DNA of 64,000 nt, taken from contig CAYOFQ010000001.1 of assembly GCA_964403585.1 (NCBI GenBank), positions 584,630-648,629 on the forward strand. The letters are read 5' to 3'. This DNA comes from an uncultured Gammaproteobacteria bacterium (GTDB taxonomy: Bacteria; Patescibacteriota; Microgenomatia; JALYQM01). The notes under the pieces are model-generated. The model searched no databases and had not been told where the DNA came from. It saw nothing but the letters and a program-made list of their open reading frames with translations. Shown piece after piece: positions 38,144-48,759 of this stretch (position 1 is the stretch's first letter; every line of letters begins with the position of its first letter). Made by a program: the position numbers and the translations under genes.

Positions 38144-39793
38144 ATGCACAAATTTTTTAATGTGAGTTTATCACGCACTGAAAAATATCTCGCCGTCGGT
38201 TTCATACTTGTTTTTTTAGTGAGCCGGCTTATTAATCTGACATTACTTCCGATATTTACCGATGAAGCTATATATATCCGCTGGGCGGAAATTGCCTGGA
38301 GTGTCCGCAGTCTTGATGGTGCCGCCAGTTTAGTATTTATTCCGCTTTCGGATGGCAAGCAACCGTTCTTTTTCTGGATCGCCGGTTTCTTTATGCAGTT
38401 TATTCCGGATCATTTATGGGCAGGAAGATTCCCTTCAATCGTATCCGGATTAGCCGCCATGATCGGTATGTGGCTGGTCAGTTGGGAACTGTTTAAAAAT
38501 AAAAAGATTGCCTGGATCTCGGCACTCGTCTATTTAGTACTGCCGTTTACCGTTCTCTACGATCGCATGATGTTAGCGGATTCCATGCTGGCCATGTGGG
38601 GTATCTGGTCAATGTATTTGAGTTTGGTGTTGGTACGAACCCGCAGCTGGAAAGTCGCTATCCTCCTGGGAATTGTTTACGGTCTCGGGTTACTCACCAA
38701 ATCTCCCGCAGTTTTCTACTGGGGGCTAGCGCCGGCCACTCTCTTGTTTTTTGAAGGCAGTATCTGGTTCTGGAAATGGAGTCGCGAAACATGGTTGAAA
38801 TTCGCCGCATGGCTTGGATTGTATGGACTTGCCGTACTTATCGGGCAAGTAATGATGAGTGTCCAGCGGGTGTCAGGAATGTATCACATGATCGGTAGAA
38901 AGAATCTGGAATTTTTAATCACCACTGAAGATTTTCTTGCCCATCCGTTCGCCTTATTGCAGGGGAACATGATCGGGATGTCGACCTGGTTTTATGGGTA
39001 TTTAGGACCAATGCTGGTCGCGGCAATCGTGATTGCTCTTCTGAAAGGTCTGATCAAGCGTGAAACTCCCATACTGTATCTTTTGATTCTTTTTATCGTT
39101 CCGTGGATAGCTTCAGCCAGTATGGCGAAAGTTTTATATCCCCGGTATTTACTGTACTTTACCCCTCCGGTGTTATTCATCATTGCCTATGGTTTGCATG
39201 CCGTACTCCATTTTGCAGGTAAACTTGCCTTTGAAACCTCGGAATCAATCGGGGGAACGAGGCTGGTTCAAAATATTGTTCTGCTGGTGTTCCTCTCGTG
39301 GTCACTGTCGTTCAGTTACCAGTTGCTCTTTTCGCCGACTACGGCACCATTGCCGTTACAGGATAAAGAACAATATGTTGCCGGCTGGCCTTCCGGGTAC
39401 GGAGTAAATGAAGTCTACGCGTATCTTAAAAAGGAATTCGATAAAGATAAAAAGCTCGCGGTGGGAACCGAGGGAACGTTTGGGTTGATGCCGTATGCAT
39501 TGCAGATCAAGTTTTACGATAAACTCTACCATCCGAAGCCGGGTGAGAGTCTGTTCATTTCCGGTTATTGGCCATTTATTAATGTTCCGCAGGACTTAGT
39601 CCAGTATGCCGTTGATCGACCTACTTACTTTGTCGTGTATCAGCAGGAAAATGCCATGAACCCGCTGTGCCCGCTTGAAGAGGTTTTACGTATTCCCAAA
39701 CCGGGTGGCCGCACGTCAATGCGATTATTTAAAGTTAAACCGCAAGCTTCTTACGACCCGGTCGAGTGCCAGATAAAGCCAACTACTCAATAA
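38144..39793 (+). CDS. GT-C glycosyltransferase, ArnT/PMT_2-like
   Basis: N-terminal TM followed by a DEAIYIRWA loop motif (DE in first periplasmic loop). About twelve TM segments and a large C-terminal extracytoplasmic domain. Confidence 0.7.
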   Translation: MHKFFNVSLSRTEKYLAVGFILVFLVSRLINLTLLPIFTDEAIYIRWAEIAWSVRSLDGAASLVFIPLSDGKQPFFFWIAGFFMQFIPDHLWAGRFPSIVSGLAAMIGMWLVSWELFKNKKIAWISALVYLVLPFTVLYDRMMLADSMLAMWGIWSMYLSLVLVRTRSWKVAILLGIVYGLGLLTKSPAVFYWGLAPATLLFFEGSIWFWKWSRETWLKFAAWLGLYGLAVLIGQVMMSVQRVSGMYHMIGRKNLEFLITTEDFLAHPFALLQGNMIGMSTWFYGYLGPMLVAAIVIALLKGLIKRETPILYLLILFIVPWIASASMAKVLYPRYLLYFTPPVLFIIAYGLHAVLHFAGKLAFETSESIGGTRLVQNIVLLVFLSWSLSFSYQLLFSPTTAPLPLQDKEQYVAGWPSGYGVNEVYAYLKKEFDKDKKLAVGTEGTFGLMPYALQIKFYDKLYHPKPGESLFISGYWPFINVPQDLVQYAVDRPTYFVVYQQENAMNPLCPLEEVLRIPKPGGRTSMRLFKVKPQASYDPVECQIKPTTQ

Positions 39794-39804
39794 ATCAACC
39801 TATA

Positions 39805-41925
39805 CTATTCGTAGCGCAGTGCGTTAAGCGCGGATATTTTTGTTGCCCGTCGTGCCGGATACAGTCCGGTTACGATTCCGACAATCAGTGAGAGTACAAT
39901 AATAATCGTAACAAAAAAGCCCGGAATATAGGATATATCCAAAAAGCCGGCACCTTTGGAAATACTGAAGATACTTAGTATCGCACCCAGTGTTTTACCC
40001 ATCAAATAGCCGGTTAACAACCCAAATAAACCGCCAAAAATTCCCATAATCATCGACTCTGTCAAAAACAGTTCCCGTACTTCGGTTGACTTCATACCCA
40101 TGGCTTTCATTAATCCTACTTCACGAGTTCGCTCAAGCAGCGAGACAGTTAAGGTATTAAACATACCGAGAGAGGCAATCGATAATGCCACCATGCCAAG
40201 TAAGGCCAACAGCAAGCGCGCCGTACCGAAGATGCTGTTGATTTGCGCAACGGTATCGGCCACCGAACGGGTTGAATACCCGAGACTTTCAATTTTTTTA
40301 CGTATCTGAGGTAGGTTCTTTTGTGAGTTGGAAACAACTTTAAGTTGGGAATAGGTGGTTATACCCAGCCCGCGTAAATCAACAAACGGTACATAAAAAT
40401 AGGGTGTTTTGTCATCAGGGACAACACCAATAATTGTATAGTCGGCTGGGTTGGATTCAACCTGGGCATCTTTCTTATCCAATAAGCTGCCGACAATCAC
40501 AAAGGTGGCTGCAAATTTTTTACCGACCGCTTGCGATTCAGTCAAACCTAAAATCCGGAGCATTGATGTATTCACCACGGCTTCGCGGATTGCCGCTTTG
40601 GGTAAGTCTACCTTGTCGATTTTCGCTGTTTGCAGTGTCGCAGATTCACTCGCTACAAGTTCAGCAAGTGCGGCCGAATCACTCGCACTCTGGGATAATG
40701 CCGCCGACGGGGTCGCCGTCTCATCACCCAGTACCGCTGCCTCTTGCAGCCGAGCCATCGCAATAAGCTGTGCGGTTTCCCGGTCAGGATCTTCGGTAGT
40801 GAAGAATGAAGCAACTTCCGGCAGATCTTCATTGTTATAGGAAACAAGCGTATCAACCTGCGAAACAAAACCGGGTTGGGGAACACTCTTGCGAACATAC
40901 TCACCGTCAACACATTCCGGAAGCGCAATATCGCATTTTTTCTTATCATATACCGTATAATTTGCTTTTATCCACTTCCCGTAAACACCATCTTCACTCA
41001 ATTGCATCTTTTTCTTGGTGTCATAGGTGTCTCCCCACACTTCTTCACCAACAATAGGATCGGACTGCGGATTGAGATACCCGACAATAGCGCCGTCAGC
41101 TTTGGCTTCTTTACGAACCTTCTTCCACGTTTTTCCTTCTATCGTAAATGTCACATCAGCCGTTTTTACTCCCGGCTCCGGTAACTCCGCCATTTCCTCA
41201 ATTTCTTTCGAACTGCCGTCAGATACTTTTACTGAAATATCATTGCTGTCAAAGATTTTTCCTTTTACCGGTTTAATTGCCGATTGCTTTAGGTAGTCTG
41301 AAGTTACTCCGTATACCGCCATATCGGAAACCGAGTTGTTGTAATTGACCCGGCCGACAATCGCAATTTGCGGCAGAACTAACTTAACATCCGGGATATC
41401 TTTAAACGTAGCGATAGTTTCGTCATTGATTCTGACTTTCCCCCCGGTTTGCGGCGAGATATCTGTTTGACTCATTTCATCAAGCCGGGCAACCCGCGAT
41501 GTGACCAGATTCTCGATACCGTATCCTAATGAGACTAAAAATACAATTGCACCAATCCCAATAGACATCCCGCTGACCGTAATAATCGAACGTGTCTTCT
41601 TGGCTTTCATGTTTCGAATTGCCAGTTGAATCAGGTCAACCCGGCTGATCGTTCCTTCACTGTTTTTGTCAAATATTCGTACAGTAAACTCGTATATCCG
41701 GGCAAAAATCCGCACGATCAGTGCATTCAGCGGGCGGGGAAGAAATCTCATCCGTAAGGTCATCGCGACAACAAATTCATTGATAATATATACAATCAGC
41801 AGAATATGAAAACCAATCAAAGAGTAAAGAAGTTTTCCTATTGAGACAGTGTTGCGCCGCACATACAACAACTCCCGGAGAATCCTCCCGATAATTAGAA
41901 AAAAGTGTATTATTCTCTGTTTCAT
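39805..41925 (-). CDS. MacB/FtsX-type ABC transporter permease with a large extracytoplasmic domain
   Basis: N-terminal TM, about 450-aa periplasmic-type domain, and a C-terminal FtsX three-TM bundle (LKAMGMK...GLYPARRA). Confidence 0.8.
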   Translation of the reverse strand: MKQRIIHFFLIIGRILRELLYVRRNTVSIGKLLYSLIGFHILLIVYIINEFVVAMTLRMRFLPRPLNALIVRIFARIYEFTVRIFDKNSEGTISRVDLIQLAIRNMKAKKTRSIITVSGMSIGIGAIVFLVSLGYGIENLVTSRVARLDEMSQTDISPQTGGKVRINDETIATFKDIPDVKLVLPQIAIVGRVNYNNSVSDMAVYGVTSDYLKQSAIKPVKGKIFDSNDISVKVSDGSSKEIEEMAELPEPGVKTADVTFTIEGKTWKKVRKEAKADGAIVGYLNPQSDPIVGEEVWGDTYDTKKKMQLSEDGVYGKWIKANYTVYDKKKCDIALPECVDGEYVRKSVPQPGFVSQVDTLVSYNNEDLPEVASFFTTEDPDRETAQLIAMARLQEAAVLGDETATPSAALSQSASDSAALAELVASESATLQTAKIDKVDLPKAAIREAVVNTSMLRILGLTESQAVGKKFAATFVIVGSLLDKKDAQVESNPADYTIIGVVPDDKTPYFYVPFVDLRGLGITTYSQLKVVSNSQKNLPQIRKKIESLGYSTRSVADTVAQINSIFGTARLLLALLGMVALSIASLGMFNTLTVSLLERTREVGLMKAMGMKSTEVRELFLTESMIMGIFGGLFGLLTGYLMGKTLGAILSIFSISKGAGFLDISYIPGFFVTIIIVLSLIVGIVTGLYPARRATKISALNALRYE

Positions 41926-41931
41926 AAAGTA

Positions 41932-42702
41932 CTATCCCTGATGCACCAACGAATTCAGTTCATCACTGCCGCGCTTTGTTTGTATTTCACCTTTGAGTAG
42001 ATTATCCTTTTCTTCACCCTTGTAAATGCCAACTACCTTACCGTCAAAAATACGCACCGCAGTCTTACAATAGCGCAGATATTCCAAGTCGTGTGTCACC
42101 ATAACAATTGTTTTGCCCTGGTTAGACAAATCAACCAGCATCTGCATTAATTCCTGCCCGGACTCATAATCCAGGTTACCGGTCGGTTCGTCAGCGACTA
42201 TCAGTTCCGGGTCATTAATTAACGCCCGCGCTAAAGCCACCCGCTGCTGCTGACCACCGGAGAGCTCGGTTGGCTTATGGTTGATCCAGTTCTGCATCGA
42301 GACTTTAGCTAACATTTCCCATGCTTTGCGTGCACTATCGAGTTTGTTCGTTCCGAGTAAGGTCAGGGGGAATGCCACATTCTCCATAACCGAAAGCGAT
42401 CGGATCCAGTTCGCCTGTTGATACACCATTCCAATATGTCGCTTCCGAAAATCCGATCGTTCGTCTTCCTTTGTCCGGTCACGATATAAATTCTGTTCGA
42501 GGATGTACACATCCCCGGAGGTAGGCGGCTCCAGTCCTAACATGGTGTGAAGTAAGGTTGACTTACCGCAACCCGACGGACCAAAAATGATCAGGAAATC
42601 ATTCTTTTCGACGGTAAAGGAAATATCTTTCAAAATCTGCGTTTCCTGAACTTCAAGACGGAATGATTTACAGACGTTTTCGACCCGGATAATTGTTTCC
42701 AT
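41932..42702 (-). CDS. ABC transporter ATP-binding protein (MacB/LolD-type)
   Basis: Walker A GPSGCGKST, Q-loop, signature LSGGQQQRV, Walker B LIVADEPTGNLD and H-loop. Confidence 0.9.
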   Translation of the reverse strand: METIIRVENVCKSFRLEVQETQILKDISFTVEKNDFLIIFGPSGCGKSTLLHTMLGLEPPTSGDVYILEQNLYRDRTKEDERSDFRKRHIGMVYQQANWIRSLSVMENVAFPLTLLGTNKLDSARKAWEMLAKVSMQNWINHKPTELSGGQQQRVALARALINDPELIVADEPTGNLDYESGQELMQMLVDLSNQGKTIVMVTHDLEYLRYCKTAVRIFDGKVVGIYKGEEKDNLLKGEIQTKRGSDELNSLVHQG

Positions 42703-42726
42703 AATGATAAGTATAGTTGTATTTAA

Positions 42727-45700
42727 TTAATTTTGCGAACCAAGAAACCCGAATATATTTTGTAAATTCTTAAGCACCAAGTCCAGGGCACTATCCGTTG
42801 CTTTGGGTGTAATCGTGACAGTATCAACGGAATTGCCCGTATTGTTGGCCTTATCTTTATTCACCGCACGCAGATGATACACCTTCGAAGGTACCAAACC
42901 GGAAATTACCACTACATGATTTTGCGAAAGATTACTGTCTTCCTGTGTTTTTTGAGCGTATGACGTTCCGGTGCCTTCACCAAACTCTATTTGAGAAGTC
43001 GCCGGCTCATCGGTGTCCCACGAAATCGTCAGCTGGGCTGTTTGCTCGGCATTATTCTCCTTGCTGGCTACAGTGCTCCCTTCAATTCGTAAATTAGTAA
43101 TTTGCGGCGGCCGTGTATCGGTGAGAGTTGTGAACTTCTGTGGTTCCGATTCGGCTTCATTGCCCGACTTATCCCGGCCTTTAACCAGTAAAACATAATT
43201 GGTTTGAGGCAGCAGTGATTTAACGACGATGCGGTGTTCGTCTTTCTTAAGCGTAACGTTTACTTCGTCCCGGGCATCTTCAGGCTTACCTTCAGGATAA
43301 TACGTCACGATTGAAGATGTTTCAGTATTAGTCAGCCAACTGATAAGTACAGTCGTCTGGGCAGTTCCGCGTACTTCCTGAATTCTCACACTGGAAATTT
43401 TCGGTCGCGGCATGGTTTCAAAGCTGAGAACACTGCCCTGATACTCATTGCCTTCACTGTCATACGTATTAATTTTATAAAAATACTTCACCCCGTCGGA
43501 CAACTTATCAATAGTCATTGTATACACTGATTCGGTTGTTGAAGTAGACAGTTCTTTGACTCCACCAAATGAAGCCGTTTCGCCATAGTACACGCGCACT
43601 TTTGCCGCACCTTTCAACTTAAATTCCAAATCAACATCAGACAAACCGGCCCGCTTCAGCTTCGGATCGGTAACTGTTGGAGCAGGATCAGTGGTGAAAG
43701 ATTTTTCTTCGGAGGCTCCGGTATTCCCGTCCTCATCGGTCCATTTTGTTTTGTAATAGTACGTTGTTCCGGGCGAGAGATTGGTCAAGGAAATGGCGTG
43801 ATCCGTTACTTGCGTAGAGTTTGAAGGCTCGGATTCAAAATAAGTACCCGGTGAGGTTCCGTAAGAAACTTTCGAGTCTGAAGTGCGATCGGTGACCCAG
43901 GAAATCTTGGCATTCTTGGTAGTTAAACTACTGACGGTAGGCCCGGACGAAAGTCCTGCGGCAGAAGTAAACTTACCGGTTGGGTACCCGCTCTTGGTTG
44001 AAGAAGCCGCCGAACAACTATTGGCGCTGTCACAGGCTTTGACGCAGTAGTAATAGGTGTCTTGAGAAAGTCCGGAATCGGCAAACGACGTACCGGAGGT
44101 TGACCCCTTAAGAGTGAATGAAGCGAAACTATCCGAACAGGAAGTCGCCGAAGCGGAACGATATACTTTATACGAATCAACACCGGCGCCCACATCTGCC
44201 GGAGCATCCCATGTTAATGCGAGTTTCCAGTTGGAGGTGGATTTGATGGAGATATCGCTCACATCCAGGTTGCGCGGAATACCAGGTGCCGAACCCGAAT
44301 ACGTAAATTCGACCGTTGCGTAGGAAGTGTAACTGATATTGCCGGTACCGTCTTTGGCTACCAGATAAAACGTATTAGTACCGGGCTGCGTTGCAAAGGC
44401 CGAAGCCGAGAGTGATGTGGCACCGGCGCTGGTGAAGGTACAGTTATCTGCTGAAGGAACAACGTTAACGGTATAACAATAGGTCAAATCTGATGCTGAA
44501 CCGACAAATGATGCCGGAGCGCTCCAGGAAAATGCAAACGAGTTTGTACTACTGTTAACCAATGGATTAACATTCAAACTTTGCGGCGCGGTAGGCGCAC
44601 TGCCGGCATAATAATAGGTCGCCTGTAAAGGTGTTCCTGAAATATTGCCGGCCGTATCAATGGTTCGAAGGTAGAAAGTATTGGCGCCGTCCTGATACGC
44701 AGCATTGGGAATGGTGACGTAGTTGGTGGTTATCGTTGTTGAATATGAACTGAGTGCCCCGGATGAAGCACCTGTTTTATATTGATACCCGGCAATTCCG
44801 GCACCACCGTCAGACGCGTCAGTTGCCCAGGTAAAAGTATAGGAATTTGTCGCGGTATAGCCCGACGGGGAAACGGTTATAATACTCGGATTACTTGGCG
44901 CGGTGCCATCGTATTTATAGGTGAAGGCACTGTAAATAGAACTGGTATTCTGAGCCGCATCTTTTGTCTTTATTCGTAAATAATACGTCGATCCACTGGA
45001 CAGGCCGGCTGCCGTATACGTGCTGCCTGCCTGGAACGAACCGGCAGTTTGAGGGTCCGCAGTTGCATCCGTACCGAAATAAACATAATATCCGGTAACA
45101 CCGGAGCCTCCCGTATCGGTAGCACCGCTCCAGCTGAATGAAGGAGTCGCATAGGTATACCAGGTATTGGTAGTCAAATTCGTCGACCCGCCAAGTGAAT
45201 CAACGGCCGTAATTGACGACGGTGCAGTTGGCGCGGTAACATCGCTGGTTGCATCGATAGTAACACCGCTTAACGTAACCTGCTGGTTACCGTTACCGGA
45301 TAAAACAGCCTGCCAGAGAATTCCACCGGAAGCCACCGGAAAGGTACCGATGTTTGTATTAACGGTCGCCGCGGAACTGGTTTGTGCTGTTGATGCCGAA
45401 GTTGCCCACGCGCCTCCGGAATAATACTTCCAGGTAGTGCCACCGTCGGATGATAACCGATAGCCAATACTGCCACCGTTCAATGTTTCAGACGTTACGA
45501 ACGTATCAAATGTTTTAATTTGCGACGCAAATACTGCCGATGCCGGCTGCACCGTTTGTACTGAAGCCGAGTAGGGGGTAGTGGTAAAGGAGGAACGATC
45601 GATAGAAGACAGACGGAATTCATCAATAGAGCCCTTCAAAGTATCCCTGAGCGATGCCTGATTCCCTGGCGCCGTAGGTTGTCCCTACAAGGACGGGATG

Positions 45701-48631
45701 AATTGTATCGGGAAGAGATAATGAAGCCGATGCTGAATTATTTAAAACACCGTCAATATAAAGCTTCATAGTTGCACCGTCATATGTTGCGGCAATATGG
45801 TGCCAATTTGTGTCCTGACTGGTGGAAATGGATTTTAATACAGCATTATTTCCGTAAGACCAAACCGCTGCATCGGCATTGGCGGTATTTCCGGTTCCGG
45901 CAAAAAGTTTACCCTGATAAATGCTGAAACTACTTACATATTCAACAGCATTAGTCCAGCTAGAATTTACACTATTACCCCCGACTTTAGACCAGGTACT
46001 TCCGTCATACTCCCAAACTTCCCCGTCTCCGGTACCGTTACCGAGCCCGGCATAGAGGTTGCCATTATAAACAGTCATGCTCTTGACTTGTTCATATGTT
46101 CCACTTGTCCAACTGCCATTTAGGTCATCACCACCGATTTTAGACCAGGTACTTCCGTTATATTCCCATACTTCGGCATCGTCAGTAGTGGTTCCGAGCC
46201 CTGCGTATAACTTACCGTTATACGGGAGCAGATAATCAACATCTTCGAACGTTGCGTCCCAACCTGAGTTGATACCGTCTCCGGCAACTTTAGACCAGGT
46301 AGTTCCGTTATACTTCCATACCTCAGCATCGCCAGCACTGACACCTAATCCTGCATAGAGGTTTCCCTGATAAACAGCCATCGATAATACCGATTCGTAG
46401 TTGGTAGTCCAGCCTGAATTTAAACTATCTCCACCAACTTTTGACCAGGTGGTGCCGTTATATTTATAAACTTCAGCGTCTCCGGCACTACTTCCAAGAC
46501 CTGCAAATAAATTTCCGTTGAATACTGCCAGAGAGGTGACTGTTTCATAACCTGTGTTCCATCCTGAATTAAGATTATCTCCACCAATTTGTGTCCAGGT
46601 TCTGCCGGTTGGGTCAAATTTCCACACCTCGGCATCATTAGCGGTAACTCCTAGACCAACGTACAAATTACCGCCAAAACTGACCATACTGCTTACTGTT
46701 TCGTATGTTTTTTGAGCCCAACTACTGTTAACACCCTGTCCACCTATTAATGTCCAGTTCGTCCCATCGAATTCCCACACAAGAGCGTTCCCTGCAGTAG
46801 AAACTCCGGTATCTGCATAGAGTTTATCCTGAGCAACAGACATTGACTCTACACTGTGCAATCCAATAAATCCCCAGCTGTTATTGTAGTAGTTCCCTCC
46901 TGTCTGAGACCACGAGGTACCATTCCATCCCCATACTTCTGATGAAGTCGAAGCAGCATTTAGTCCTGCATACAATGTACTGTTAACATAAGACAGTGTA
47001 TTAACTATCGTTTGTGTCGTGGAGAAGCCGGCATTGATACCATCTCCACCGATCTTCGTCCAGGTGGTCCCATTCCAGCTCCATACTTCATTGTCCCCGG
47101 CCGTTGAACCTAAGCCTGCATACAGATTCGTCCCATCTCCGCGCAGACTGTAAACACCTTCATATCCGGTTGTCCATCCGGAATTTAAGCTATCTCCACC
47201 GATTTGGGTCCAGACGGTCCCATTCCAGCTCCACACTTCCGCATCACTGGCACTATTGCCTAATCCCACATATAAAGTGCTGCCCTGGTACTCCATACTG
47301 AGAACTTGCTCATAAGTAGCATCAGCCCAGCTTGAATTGACAGTATCACCACCTATTCGGGACCAGGTACCTCGACTAAAACTATATCGCCACACTTCGG
47401 CGTCTCCGGCAGTACTGCCTAATCCGGCATATAAATACGTGGTTCCGTCTGACCTCAACGCGTAAACAGCTTCAAAGTTCGTTGTCCACCCTGAGTTTAT
47501 ACTGTCACCGCCGATTTTAGTCCATGAAGTACCGTTCCAGCTCCATACCTCGGCATCATTTGCCGATGAACCAAGTCCGGCATACAAAGTACTATTAGCA
47601 TATGTCAGCGAATATACACCCTCATAGGTATTAACTGCCCAACTTGAATTTATCGCGTCTCCTCCGATTTTTGACCACGTAGAACCGTTCCATTTCCACA
47701 CTTCTCCATCACCGGTACCGGTACCGAGCCCGGCATACACATTAGTCCCGTCGGAGGCCATCGAGAGTACACTTTCAAAAGTCTGATCAGCCCAACTGGA
47801 GTTGACTCCGTCACCACCAATAAGTGTCCACGTCGATCCAGAGGTGCTGTATTTCCAGACTTCTGCATCTCCGACAGCTGTGCCAAGCCCGATATATAAA
47901 TCTGTTCCCATAACCGCCTGTGCATCAACGGTGGTTTTACCGTTGAGGTCCCAGCTGCCATTAAGGTCATTACCCGCGCGTTGAGTCCATGCAGTAGATC
48001 CACTATCGGCTAATTCATACTGTAGTTTACCGGTTTGATAGTTATAGTAGAGTTTATACTCACCCTTATCCACAATTCCCTGGTGGTTATTATGACTGGT
48101 GCTGCTAAAGGAATTGGTAAATTTTGTCCAGGCTTCAATTGTATTTTTTTGGCTTAACGAGGTAGAAGATGAGTCGGCAATTGATACGTACGAACTGGTT
48201 CCATTAAAGGCCGCAGCGTTGTTTAAATTTCCTGTACTATAGGTGACCGACGTTGCAGTTGCACTATTCGCGTTGCTTGAAGAGTCGGTAGGATTTCCTG
48301 AAGACTCATCAAAATGAAATAACGCAGCGGTATTGGCATCACTTGAATAATTTCTCACTTTAAGCCGCGCGGAAGAAGCGGCAACTTCCACCACCGTTGA
48401 ATCCGAAAGGGTATAGTCGTTCGAAGTCGCAAACGTCCAGGATTGCGAGGTGTCCGATGCATAAACAAAAGGCATCAAAAGTTTTGAAAAGGTAAGATAC
48501 GAACCAATAACAGCTCCGATTGCTAACATAATCGTGCCAAAGAGATTAAGCTGAAATCGTGAAACGGTTATTTTTTTTGTAAAGAGTTTGTGCAAACGCA
48601 CACGCATATGTGTTCTCCGGGTATCAATCAT
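42727..48631 (-). CDS. giant (about 1,970 aa) membrane-anchored surface protein, split into two ORFs (45623..48631 and 42727..45639) by a single +1 frameshift. Architecture: N-terminal TM, about 14 Kelch-like beta-propeller blades, LamG_3, then about 10 FN3 domains.
   Basis: Upstream ORF has about 52-aa repeats (LYAGLG...DAEVW.YNGT.W..IGGD) and ends ...TNWHHIAATYDGATMKLYIDG...GYFEGLY*. Downstream ORF begins (L)KGSIDEFRLSS, completing the LamG_3 F-G-S-IDE-R motif. Deleting one nt restores ...YFEGSIDEFRL. FN3-like YYLRxKTKDxAGN motifs recur about ten times. Confidence 0.7.
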
Positions 48632-48759
48632 CTATCAGTGTAGAGAATATTGGGAAAAAATTAAATAGGGTAATAACCCATTAATAAAGGCATAAGTTCT
48701 ATAACCAATAGCATAATCCTGCTATAGACGATCAAATATATGTTCCTTATAATACAGGT

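Noticed and set aside
45623-45639. Programmed ribosomal frameshift as the explanation for the split giant gene
   Set aside because: There is no slippery heptamer or downstream stimulatory structure at the overlap. A simple 1-nt indel (assembly error or recent mutation) is the more economical explanation.
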